From: an uncultured Thermococci archaeon
Lineage (GTDB): Archaea; Methanobacteriota_B; Thermococci; Thermococcales; Thermococcaceae
NCBI GenBank assembly: GCA_964615185.1
Contig: CAZTOS010000025.1
Span: 1-28,612, forward strand
DNA: 28,612 nt
Reading direction: 5' to 3'
Position 1 is the stretch's first letter. Each line of letters starts with the position of its first letter. This document shows, one piece after another, positions 16,880 through 24,932 of this stretch. The position numbers were made by a program, and so were the translations under genes. The notes under the pieces were generated by a model. That model saw nothing but the letters and a program-made list of their open reading frames with translations. It was not told the DNA's origin and made no database searches.

Positions 16880-17344
16880 CTACACATCCTCCAAAAGCTG
16901 CCTGCTAATTCCGATTTTATGATCCTTAATTATGAGGAGTGTGTGAGTTGCAACTATCCCCTCTATTTTGGCCAGTGTTATGGCTAAGAACTCTCTCAGC
17001 TCGTTCATGTCCTTGACTACAATTTTTGCTATGAAATCATATGTTCCACCGATCTCATAAAGTTCTACAACCTCTTTTCTTTTCTTCAGCTCTCTAATTG
17101 CATCTGCTCTCTTTTTTGCCTCCACGCTTATTTCAACAAACGCCACTATGCTGTATCCTAATTTTGTAAAATTTATATTGGCTGAATATCCTTCTATTAC
17201 CCCCTTCTCCTCCAGCTTTTTTATTCTGTTTTTAACCCCCATAACACTCAGACCAACTTTCTTAGCAATTTCTGTAAGCGAAATTCTCGCATTATCCTTT
17301 AGCAAGATTAGGATTTTTTTGTCTATATCGTCAATCACATCCAT
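16880..17344 (-). CDS. Lrp/AsnC-family transcriptional regulator
   Basis: IDDIDKKILILLKDNARISLTEIAKKVGLS...RIKKLEEKGVI HTH plus RAM domain. Confidence 0.93.
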   Translation of the reverse strand: MDVIDDIDKKILILLKDNARISLTEIAKKVGLSVMGVKNRIKKLEEKGVIEGYSANINFTKLGYSIVAFVEISVEAKKRADAIRELKKRKEVVELYEIGGTYDFIAKIVVKDMNELREFLAITLAKIEGIVATHTLLIIKDHKIGISRQLLEDV

Positions 17345-17426
17345 CTATACACTCCCCATCCATAAATTCGCGCTTAGATGGTATATAATTCCTATGGTGT
17401 TTGTAACTATTATGGCGTCAATAAAG

Positions 17427-17654
17427 TTAAGAAACTCTTGTTAGTAAACCCGGTCTGGAGAGCATTCCAACACTTCTCAACAAGGTAAGGGCAAGATCAA
17501 CACCCGAATCTCTTGGAATGGTTTCATACTCCTTAAGACCTTTTGTGGAAACTACAATTCCTCCGCTATTGTCCGATATGTATACAAAGTTCTGCATTGG
17601 GTATCTCACCTCTGGAATTTCAGAATACTTATCCAAGTCTTGGGTACCTCTATT
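17427..17654 (-). pseudogene. Internal fragment of a GH38 alpha-mannosidase C-terminal region
   Basis: YPMQNFVYISD...KGLKEYE...LALTLLRSVGMLSR resembles the GH38/MngB C-terminal domain. ~75 codons of a normally much larger protein. Confidence 0.7.
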
Positions 17655-17843
17655 CTATTTGGCCATATACCATTCTCCGTCTTAATGTGTGAGGGAGAAA
17701 ATAAGAGTCCCTCCAGTTTAAAAGCTTTTCTACGGTAAAAGAGTTTTGGCATCTTCAATTAGCATATAGACAGCTGAAATATTGATAGGGGAAAGATTTC
17801 ATGGGCATAAAGCTTTAAAGATGTTTGCTCTTTATATAGTCCT

Positions 17844-18293
17844 ATGAACGAGTTAACTGAAGAAGAAAAAGAATTTATAGAACGTGTAAAACCCATGCTC
17901 AAAAAGTTTTTAGAGTTATGTGAGAAAGAAGGAATCGAGCCAGGAGCAGGTTCCTATATTCTGTCTGAAAAAGGCAATATATATCATGGAGTTCCTTTTA
18001 AGGCAGCAAGATCTATTCATGGTGAAGAGAACGCAATAGGAACAATGGTGACAGAAGAAGGCATAAATTCAAAATTCAAAATAATTTTAATTATTGGTGG
18101 ACCTGAAGAAATAATTCTCCCTTGTGGGATATGCAGAGAAGCCATTAGTCGCTATGGTACTGAAGATGTCACAATTTTATGTGCTGACCTATCTCTATCA
18201 AAAATAAAGAGCTGGGAAGTTTATCCAAGTGGTCTTTATGACGCAATCTTTATAAATATGGAGTACAATAAACCGATTTACTTTTTCTCTTGA
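17844..18293 (+). CDS. Cytidine-deaminase-like protein with chimeric GH1-derived C-terminus
   Basis: HGEENAI (HxE) and PCGICRE Zn motifs. Residues WEVYPSGLYDAIFINMEYNKPIY near the C-terminus are identical to the GH1 at 22154-23674. Confidence 0.8.
   Translation: MNELTEEEKEFIERVKPMLKKFLELCEKEGIEPGAGSYILSEKGNIYHGVPFKAARSIHGEENAIGTMVTEEGINSKFKIILIIGGPEEIILPCGICREAISRYGTEDVTILCADLSLSKIKSWEVYPSGLYDAIFINMEYNKPIYFFS
18211..18281 (+). repeat. 71-bp direct repeat, copy 1 (GH1 gene segment)
   Basis: 66/71 identical to 23304-23374. All 5 differences are synonymous third positions. Confidence 0.95.
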
Positions 18294-18385
18294 AAGCTTC
18301 GGGGCGGGAATGCAGTAATTGAATAGATCTATTTTGGAGCAAAATTATGAGTGAGATTTTTAAGTCGGAATGAGAGGAATAAACT

Positions 18386-18670
18386 ATGCCACGGAAAAGA
18401 AAACTGGGCTAAGTACTCCCAGACAAAAAAAGTGTTCTTAGCCCTCAAAAACTCGCAAAAACAATTTACCAGAACCCTACACAATCCACACCAGCCTATA
18501 ACCCAAAAGCCATAACAGTCTTGCTTGGAAGGATATGGTTCGGTTTCAGTTGGATCATCCGCGGAAGTTTCGGCGTGTTTACAGGTTTAGGGTGCTGGTT
18601 GAGTCGTTTTTCAGTGTGTTTAAGTCTAAGTTCCTGGATTTTGTTCGGTGCAGGTTGCCTGCTTCACCGA
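18386..18670 (+). mobile_element. Internally deleted IS4/IS5-superfamily DDE transposase remnant
   Basis: N-terminal MPRKR/NWAKYSQ and PAYNPKA pieces. Perfect Y-2-R-3-E-6-K motif YRFRVLVESFFSVFK at 18580-18624. Catalytic D residues missing. Confidence 0.7.
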
Positions 18671-18755
18671 AATTTTTGGAAAAATCATCCTGTTAAACCT
18701 TATTCAGGTGATCAAAATGCAGAAAACTTAATACTCCAACCTCGTTCCTTCTTTG

Positions 18756-18802
18756 GATACTGTTAGGGTAAATTTTGGCATCACCTCTTGAAGCCAATTC
18801 TC
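18756..18802 (-). mobile_element. Isolated right end of a Thermococcales IS6-family element
   Basis: IR-like GATACTGTTAGGGTAA. Minus strand reads ENWLQEVMPK, matching the IS6 transposase C-terminus and the same end of the element at 21793. Confidence 0.65.
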
Positions 18803-18813
18803 TGCCCCTCATT

Positions 18814-18838
18814 TACCCCACTCCTAAAGACTGGGGTA
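18814..18838. mobile_element. Hairpin resembling an IS200/IS605-family subterminal end
   Basis: TACCCCA-CTCCTAAAGAC-TGGGGTA. CCCC...CTAAAG...GGGG layout recalled from archaeal tnpB-element ends. Confidence 0.35.
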
Positions 18839-18911
18839 TGCATTTAGTAAAAAACCTAAAATCACATCTAAGAACTCTCTAACTTGGTCAATAAGTAAAT
18901 TAAAAGGGATG

Positions 18912-19805
18912 CTAGAAAACCATAACTTTCCCCGAGTGAAGTTTCTCAAAGTCTTTTCCAAACTCATTTGCAAACATGCTTTCTGCCTTGAGCCCCGTGC
19001 AGTGCCCGGTATAAACCTTCCTAACTCCCATCTTCTTAAGAGTATTTACTGTATTTTGAATTCTTTCATCATCTGCGCCTATCAGATGAAATCCTCCTAT
19101 AACAGCGTATACCCGGTCAATTCCGCTTATCCTCATGGCTTTCCTCGTCATGCTAACTATTCCAGGATGGGAACATCCTCCAATAACGATTAAGCCTTTT
19201 TTGGTATTTATTGCAAGTCCTATCTCATCCTCGACCTCATCCGGAACTAATCTTCCCTTTTCAAGCTTGTAGAGACCGATAGTAACTTTTTTCTCGAATT
19301 CAACTTTCTCTTCCTTTGTAATTTCTCCAAGAGTGAAAACCCCTGGCATTAAATGTATAGGATCTCTACTCAAGATCCATATACCTCCAAGTTTTTCAAT
19401 TTCCTCCTTTGAGCCACCCCTCAGAGGTGGGATTCCGGCATACATAAACTCTGGATCCGTGGCAAAACTCACTTTAAAGATGTTTGGATGTGCGAATACT
19501 GGTATTTCTTTATTTATCTCCTTCATAATACTCAGCAAGCCCCCTGTGTGGTCAAAGTGGTTATGAGAAAGGACAATCATGTCTATGGTTTTTGGATTAA
19601 TGTTTAAAAGCTTCATATTGAAGAGGATTGGTTCGGCGTAGGATGCAGTATCGAAGAGTATTCTTCGCTTGGCATCGTTGCTCTCAACTTCAATTAAAAA
19701 GGAAACCCCGTGTTGTGCCCAAAATGGACTGTTATATCCGGCATAATCCTCAGCCAATGTATAAACTTTTAACTTGTCCACTTCTCCAAGGTTCATATTT
19801 ATCAT
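18912..19805 (-). CDS. Metallo-beta-lactamase-fold hydrolase (COG1237-like)
   Basis: AQHGVS, LFDTA, SHNHFDHTGG, GCSHPG, GGFHL, GHCTG. Confidence 0.88.
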   Translation of the reverse strand: MINMNLGEVDKLKVYTLAEDYAGYNSPFWAQHGVSFLIEVESNDAKRRILFDTASYAEPILFNMKLLNINPKTIDMIVLSHNHFDHTGGLLSIMKEINKEIPVFAHPNIFKVSFATDPEFMYAGIPPLRGGSKEEIEKLGGIWILSRDPIHLMPGVFTLGEITKEEKVEFEKKVTIGLYKLEKGRLVPDEVEDEIGLAINTKKGLIVIGGCSHPGIVSMTRKAMRISGIDRVYAVIGGFHLIGADDERIQNTVNTLKKMGVRKVYTGHCTGLKAESMFANEFGKDFEKLHSGKVMVF

Positions 19806-19818
19806 CTCCACCTAATAT

Positions 19819-21156
19819 TCACTCTAAGTACCTTCCTCTGGGCCATTCTCTTATTAATGGCATTATCTCTTCTTTGTTTTGAGATACTCTTATGTAGTAT
19901 ATTAAGAGACCTATTGCCAACCATACTCCAAAGTATGCTAAAGCCCTAGCACCCTGCAGGATAAAGAAGTAGACGGAGATTGCCAAACCAATTGCGGGGA
20001 ATATTAGCTTCCAGCCTTCTAGTTTAAAGAACTCAGTTTTCTCATACATATCTGGGTACTTCTTTGGAAGGAAGAATATGCAAAGATGGAACATTATCCA
20101 CTCAAATAAAAATGCTGCAACTACAATTTCTGCCACCAATTCGATTGTTCCAGTCACTATGAGGAAGATAGCTATTGCATCGCCAATTATTAGGGCAACG
20201 TGAGGTATTCCATATTTGTTTATTTTGTGCAGACCTGGGACTATTTTATCTCTGGAAAGTGAAAATGCTACTCTTGCGGCGGTCGCTTGCTCTCCATTAT
20301 GCGAAGTGAGAATTGCTGCCCATGCTACTAGGATTATGAATATAACACCAAAAGAACCCATGAACTTAGATGCTGCACTAGCATAAGGGGCTTCTGCACT
20401 TGCAAATTCATACCAAGGGAGCACCCCCACGCACACAAAGCTTGAGAGCACATATAACACTATGGGTATTAATGTGCCTAATAACACGGCTTTAGGCAAT
20501 ACTGAAGGAGTTTTAACTTCTTCTCCAATATCCGTGGCAATGGTAATCCCAGCATATGCAAATATGAGTAGAGATGCTGCTTTTAACACTCCTCTCCATC
20601 CAAGCGGAGATCCCAGCTTTAAATAGGAAATATGGATGTGAGGGAGCCCCCATAAGCTGAATGCAAGGATTCCAAATACTAAAAACAGAAACAGCGCATC
20701 TTGGACTTTTGCTACTACTTTCACTCCTAAGTAATTGATCACGAAAAACACTATGGTTACCAACACAGCCCCTGCAGTTATGGACATTCTCCAGCTAACT
20801 CCGGGGAGTGCGTTTAGGTAATTTACAAATGCTTGGGCTGTTATAGCAACGGGGCCAATTATTGCAAGCCACATTGCCCATCCAGTTAAGAAACCCAAAA
20901 CGGGATGAAGAATCCTTGATGGGTAGACGTAGCTTCCCCCCTCTACTGGATAAAAGGTTGATAGGGAGGCTGTTGTAATTCCAATTAGGATTACCGGGAC
21001 TGCTCCGATCAAATAAGAGACCCATACTAACGCTCCAGCATATTTGGCTGCGATTCCCGTTATAATAAAAAGTCCTGCTCCTATTACAATCCCTGCAACT
21101 ATAGAAGTAGCATCTAAAACTCCTAATTCTTTTCTAAGTTCCTTTTTTTCAACCAT
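19819..21156 (-). CDS. APC-superfamily amino acid/polyamine permease
   Basis: ~12 TM, VIGAGLF, EGGSYVY, FAYAG, GEEVKTP, ARVAFSLSRD. RBS GAGGTG before ATG 21156. Confidence 0.9.
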   Translation of the reverse strand: MVEKKELRKELGVLDATSIVAGIVIGAGLFIITGIAAKYAGALVWVSYLIGAVPVILIGITTASLSTFYPVEGGSYVYPSRILHPVLGFLTGWAMWLAIIGPVAITAQAFVNYLNALPGVSWRMSITAGAVLVTIVFFVINYLGVKVVAKVQDALFLFLVFGILAFSLWGLPHIHISYLKLGSPLGWRGVLKAASLLIFAYAGITIATDIGEEVKTPSVLPKAVLLGTLIPIVLYVLSSFVCVGVLPWYEFASAEAPYASAASKFMGSFGVIFIILVAWAAILTSHNGEQATAARVAFSLSRDKIVPGLHKINKYGIPHVALIIGDAIAIFLIVTGTIELVAEIVVAAFLFEWIMFHLCIFFLPKKYPDMYEKTEFFKLEGWKLIFPAIGLAISVYFFILQGARALAYFGVWLAIGLLIYYIRVSQNKEEIMPLIREWPRGRYLE

Positions 21157-21179
21157 CCTTGCCACCTCAAATTAAGAGG

Positions 21180-21205
21180 TAACATCAATATTTTGTTTGA
21201 TGTTA
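21180..21205. promoter_or_regulatory. Palindromic operator candidate between TATA and RBS of the APC permease
   Basis: TAACATCAA-N8-TTGATGTTA perfect 9-bp IR just downstream of minus-strand AAACCTTAAATA. Confidence 0.6.
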
Positions 21206-21317
21206 TTCTATTTAAGGTTTGCCTAATCTCTTAAGGTTTACCTACTTATAATTAATCTGAGAGGAACTATCCTTGAGTCAAGGTATGGTTTGAACTATTA
21301 CTATTTAGTCTTGATCT

Positions 21318-21588
21318 TTTTTGCACTGGTGTTTGATTAAGGGCTCGGGTGAGGATAAGATTGTTGAAAGTGTCGTTGCGTCACACTTGGCCAGAAAGTA
21401 TGAGGATGTTACTGGAGGAGTGAGGGCGAGATTGATGTGGTAACAAAAAGTGACATTAGATTTGAAGCTAAGCCTTTGAGGGTTAGGGTGGGGAAGATAA
21501 AAACGTTGTAACTCTATCAAAAGACGATTTTTCAACTGATCCTTTGATGATCCCAGTTTATCTGTTCCTTGCGTGTTTTGATGCCTGA
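21318..21588 (+). pseudogene. C-terminal remnant of an archaeal AAA+ ATPase (DUF4143-type)
   Basis: Broken frames read KIVESVVASHLAR, YWRSEGEIDVV, FEAK, LSKDDF...IPVYLFLACFDA*. Confidence 0.65.
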
Positions 21589-21792
21589 TTAATATCTGTT
21601 ATCTCACTATTTGGATTCCTAAAGTCATCAAAGCACTCATAAAGGGTTCATAAGGATATCATATTAGTGAAAAGGTAAACACCACGAACGATGTAATCGA
21701 ATTCTTTCTGCTCTAAAGAGCAAGGCTTTCAGAAGAAAAAGTGAATTATCCTAAATCCCCCCATTTCTAACTTTAGTATGCTTCCTATTATT

Positions 21793-22094
21793 CATACTGA
21801 TAGGATAACTGTAGTATCACCCCTTGGAGCCATTCAGCAATGGTGCTTGTAATCCAGAGTGCAAGTTGCTCTCAACATCAATAGCAGCTCAAAGGCATCT
21901 TTTGACTGCGAGGGCTGGTAAATTGTTTTTGCGAATTTTTGAACTGTTTCTCAGGACTAATTTCCAAAATTTCTACGGAATCTTGTTTCGGTAAAAGGTT
22001 TTAAGGCCGAAAACAAGCAGCATATTTCCCCTTTCTCTTCTGAAGTATGTCAGCTACTTAAGTCTGATGTCCTACTGCTTATCCTGACAATATG
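21793..22094 (-). mobile_element. 302-bp non-autonomous IS6-family mini-element
   Basis: Imperfect TIRs CATACTGATAGGATAA / TTATCCTGACAATATG (13/16). Interior keeps ordered transposase blocks LKTFYRNKIP, ETVQKFAKTIYQP, AAIDVES, LWIT, EWLQGVILQLS. Confidence 0.8.
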
Positions 22095-22101
22095 ATAAGC
22101 C

Positions 22102-22115
22102 AAGAAAGTTTATAA
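22102..22115 (+). promoter_or_regulatory. BRE/TATA promoter of the GH1 gene
   Basis: AAGAAAG-TTTATAA ~40 nt upstream of ATG 22154. RBS GAGGTG at 22141. Confidence 0.6.
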
Positions 22116-22153
22116 CGTGATGATGCACCTATAGAGGCTTGAGGTGTCTTCAA

Positions 22154-23674
22154 ATGCTCCCAGAAAGTTTTTTATGGGGAGTCTCTCAATGTGGATTCCA
22201 ATTTGAAATGGGGGACGAATTAAGGAAGAACATTGATACACGGACTGACTGGTGGCACTGGGTCAGAGACCCTTGGAATATCAAAAATAAAATTGTAAGC
22301 GGAGATTTACCAGAGAACGGAATAAACAACTACGAGCTGTATGAAAAAGATCATGAAATAGCCAAGGGTTTAGGATTAAATGCCTATCGTTTGGGGATTG
22401 AATGGAGTAGGATCTTTCCATGCCCAACTACTCACATTCAGGTAGACTACTCTAAAGACGGATATGGTCTGATAAAGGAGGTTAAGGTAACCAAGGATAC
22501 AATAGACGCCTTAGATGAGATTGCAAACCATAAAGAGGTGGAATATTACCGCAAAGTTATTCTAAGCCTAAGGGAAAAGGGATTCAAGGTTATACTGAAT
22601 TTGCACCACTTCACGAATCCAATTTGGATACATGACCCAATAACGGTTAGAGAAAGCGGCTTAAAGAAGGGACCAATGGGATGGGCAAGTGAAAGCACGA
22701 TTATTGAGTTCGTAAAGTTTGCAGCATATATAGCCCATAAATTCGGCGATCTTGTTGATATGTGGAGCACATTTAACGAACCAATGATAGTTGTTGATCG
22801 CGGTTATTTAGCCCACAACTCGGGCTTTCCACCGGGGATATTTAACCCAGAGCTTGCCAAAAAAGTCGCGACCAATCTAATTGTGGCTCATTCAAGAGCT
22901 TATGACGTCATTAAAAAATTCGACAAAGTTAAAGCATATAAAGACTCAAAAGAAAGTGCTTCTGTTGGCATAATAAACAACATAATACCATTTTATCCAC
23001 GCAATCCTAACGACTCAAAAGACGTGAAAGCTACCGAGAGGTACGATGCATTTTACAACAGGATGTTTTTAGAGGCTATCAACAATGGAAAACTGGACAC
23101 CCAAATGGATGGTGAAAGCTACGTTGAAGTCAAGCACTTAAAGAAGAACGACTGGCTGGGCGTGAACTACTACACAAGGGATCTTGTAAAGTATAAAGAG
23201 CCAAAAGAGGACTCTCCAGTAATCTTCGAGAAAGTTGAGGGGTATGGACGCCTTTCAAAACCAAACTCCATTTCAAAGGATGGGCTCCCAACGAGCGACT
23301 TTGGCTGGGAAGTTTATCCAAGTGGCCTTTATGATGCCATCTTTATAAATATGGAGTACAACAAACCAATTTACATAACCGAAAATGGAATTGCAGATGC
23401 AAAAGATATCCTGAGACCATACTACATTGTTTCCCACATAGCAGAAGTTGAGAGAGCAATTGAAAATGGTGCAAAAGTTTATGGATATCTGCACTGGGCA
23501 CTGATGGACAACTATGAATGGGCAAGCGGCTTTAGAATGCGCTTTGGGCTCTATGAAGTAGATTTGAAGACTAAGGAGAGGAGACCCAGAAGGAAAAGCG
23601 TGCAGGTTTTCAAAGAAATAACCCAAAACAATGGTGTTACTGAAAAACTTAGGAAAGAGTTTTTGGAGAATTGA
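22154..23674 (+). CDS. GH1 beta-glycosidase, Pyrococcus beta-mannosidase (BmnA)-like
   Basis: FLWGVSQCGFQFEMG, TFNEP acid/base, YITENG nucleophile, WALMDNYEW. Closely follows the recalled P. furiosus beta-mannosidase. Confidence 0.92.
   Translation: MLPESFLWGVSQCGFQFEMGDELRKNIDTRTDWWHWVRDPWNIKNKIVSGDLPENGINNYELYEKDHEIAKGLGLNAYRLGIEWSRIFPCPTTHIQVDYSKDGYGLIKEVKVTKDTIDALDEIANHKEVEYYRKVILSLREKGFKVILNLHHFTNPIWIHDPITVRESGLKKGPMGWASESTIIEFVKFAAYIAHKFGDLVDMWSTFNEPMIVVDRGYLAHNSGFPPGIFNPELAKKVATNLIVAHSRAYDVIKKFDKVKAYKDSKESASVGIINNIIPFYPRNPNDSKDVKATERYDAFYNRMFLEAINNGKLDTQMDGESYVEVKHLKKNDWLGVNYYTRDLVKYKEPKEDSPVIFEKVEGYGRLSKPNSISKDGLPTSDFGWEVYPSGLYDAIFINMEYNKPIYITENGIADAKDILRPYYIVSHIAEVERAIENGAKVYGYLHWALMDNYEWASGFRMRFGLYEVDLKTKERRPRRKSVQVFKEITQNNGVTEKLRKEFLEN
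23304..23374 (+). repeat. 71-bp direct repeat, copy 2 (inside GH1)
   Basis: 66/71 identical to 18211-18281. Confidence 0.95.
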
Positions 23675-23809
23675 GCTCGTGTATACCTTCTTTTTATAAA
23701 CTTCTTTACAACTATCCTCGTATGAGAAATTTAGACATTTATATGTCAAAAAAGCTTATTAAGTGGTAGAAAACCCAGCATATGGGATAATCCTTTGGGA
23801 GGACACCCT

Positions 23810-24928
23810 ATGGAAGAATTTGTCTTAAGAAATGTCGATGATGTAGCCGCATGGAAGGAATATATAGACAGCCTATACAGCAAAGTGAATTATGAAGCAG
23901 AGAAAATTATAGAGGAAAAAATAAAGAAATGCAAGAACCCCTTTGAAAGGAAGAAAAGCGGTGAAGAGATAGCGACTTTAAAGGCATATATAATACCTTC
24001 TGACGTATCACTGTGCTCTCCAGAGGGCATTGTTATTCCAATCTCTGTAGTAAGCAATCCAAGCATGAAGATTGAAGGGGAGAATGCAGTATTTTATTTG
24101 CGCGTTGCATCTGTAGGCTCATACTTTGGAAGAACCTTCATAGCCAGAGCTAAGGTTCCATTGAATAATCTAAGGGGGAGAATTCACGTAAATGCCGAGA
24201 TATTTGCTCCCAGTGTCATGCCTTATGAATGTGTGGAGGATGCAAGAGTAGACCCAGAATTCCAAAACGAAGTTTATCACGTAAGGGGATTATATAGATC
24301 AGCCCACTCGGTTTTGAAGCGCTTAACGAAATATGGAACAATAGTGCTCACCTTCTGCGGTCATGAGAAGGAAGGGAAACTGGAAAGCGTTGAAGCTGTT
24401 CACTTTGATGATGGGAAGAATCTCTTCTTGTTAAGAGATTATAGAGACACATTTCCACTCAATAAGGACTACATGATCATAAGACCATTTGTTAAAAAGA
24501 AAGAGATGGGAGGAGTGTTCATAGGCCCAAGAGAGGGTGCTAAAGTGATGTTCAATGAAATGGAACCAGTTCCGGAGTTGATACCGAACTGGAAGGATGA
24601 AGCTAAAACTGGCGGGAATATCGCGTTCAAGCTTTCTGCTAATGAGTACGTTCTCCTATATCATGTCGTTGATTCTCACGGAGTTTACTACACATATGCA
24701 ACCTTATTTAATGACAATGGAGAACTATTGGCCCACAGCACAGTTCCAATATTGGCTCCTTCCGTAAAGGAATATTACGGACGTCGTCCCTCCACAATAT
24801 TCGTATGTGGTGCGGCGCTTTATAAAGATAATGTGATTATATCCGCTGGAAGAGATGATGAGATAACTGTAATATACGAGATCGAGGTTAACAAGTTGTT
24901 CGAACACATGAAGTACTTAAAGGGGTGA
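23810..24928 (+). CDS. Divergent GH130-like five-bladed beta-propeller glycoside phosphorylase/hydrolase
   Basis: CVEDARV, YRD, IIRP, KTGG, LYHVV, PSTIFVCGA, ISAGRDD. Confidence 0.7.
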   Translation: MEEFVLRNVDDVAAWKEYIDSLYSKVNYEAEKIIEEKIKKCKNPFERKKSGEEIATLKAYIIPSDVSLCSPEGIVIPISVVSNPSMKIEGENAVFYLRVASVGSYFGRTFIARAKVPLNNLRGRIHVNAEIFAPSVMPYECVEDARVDPEFQNEVYHVRGLYRSAHSVLKRLTKYGTIVLTFCGHEKEGKLESVEAVHFDDGKNLFLLRDYRDTFPLNKDYMIIRPFVKKKEMGGVFIGPREGAKVMFNEMEPVPELIPNWKDEAKTGGNIAFKLSANEYVLLYHVVDSHGVYYTYATLFNDNGELLAHSTVPILAPSVKEYYGRRPSTIFVCGAALYKDNVIISAGRDDEITVIYEIEVNKLFEHMKYLKG

Positions 24929-24932
24929 TTCT

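Noticed and set aside
17666..17680. TENGI (GH1 nucleophile-like) peptide on the minus strand beside the GH38 fragment
   Set aside because: Only five residues, and flanks (HIK/WPNR) do not match GH1. Probably chance.
18521..18766. 81-aa ORF from the track
   Set aside because: Alternative frame over the transposase remnant, whose YREK motif is in another frame.
21589..21792. Possible further gene remnant between the ATPase pseudogene and the IS6 mini-element
   Set aside because: No recognisable peptide found in the frames I could read.
18211..23374. 71-bp repeat pair as a diversity-generating retroelement TR/VR
   Set aside because: No reverse transcriptase in the window, and mismatches are synonymous and not adenine-specific.
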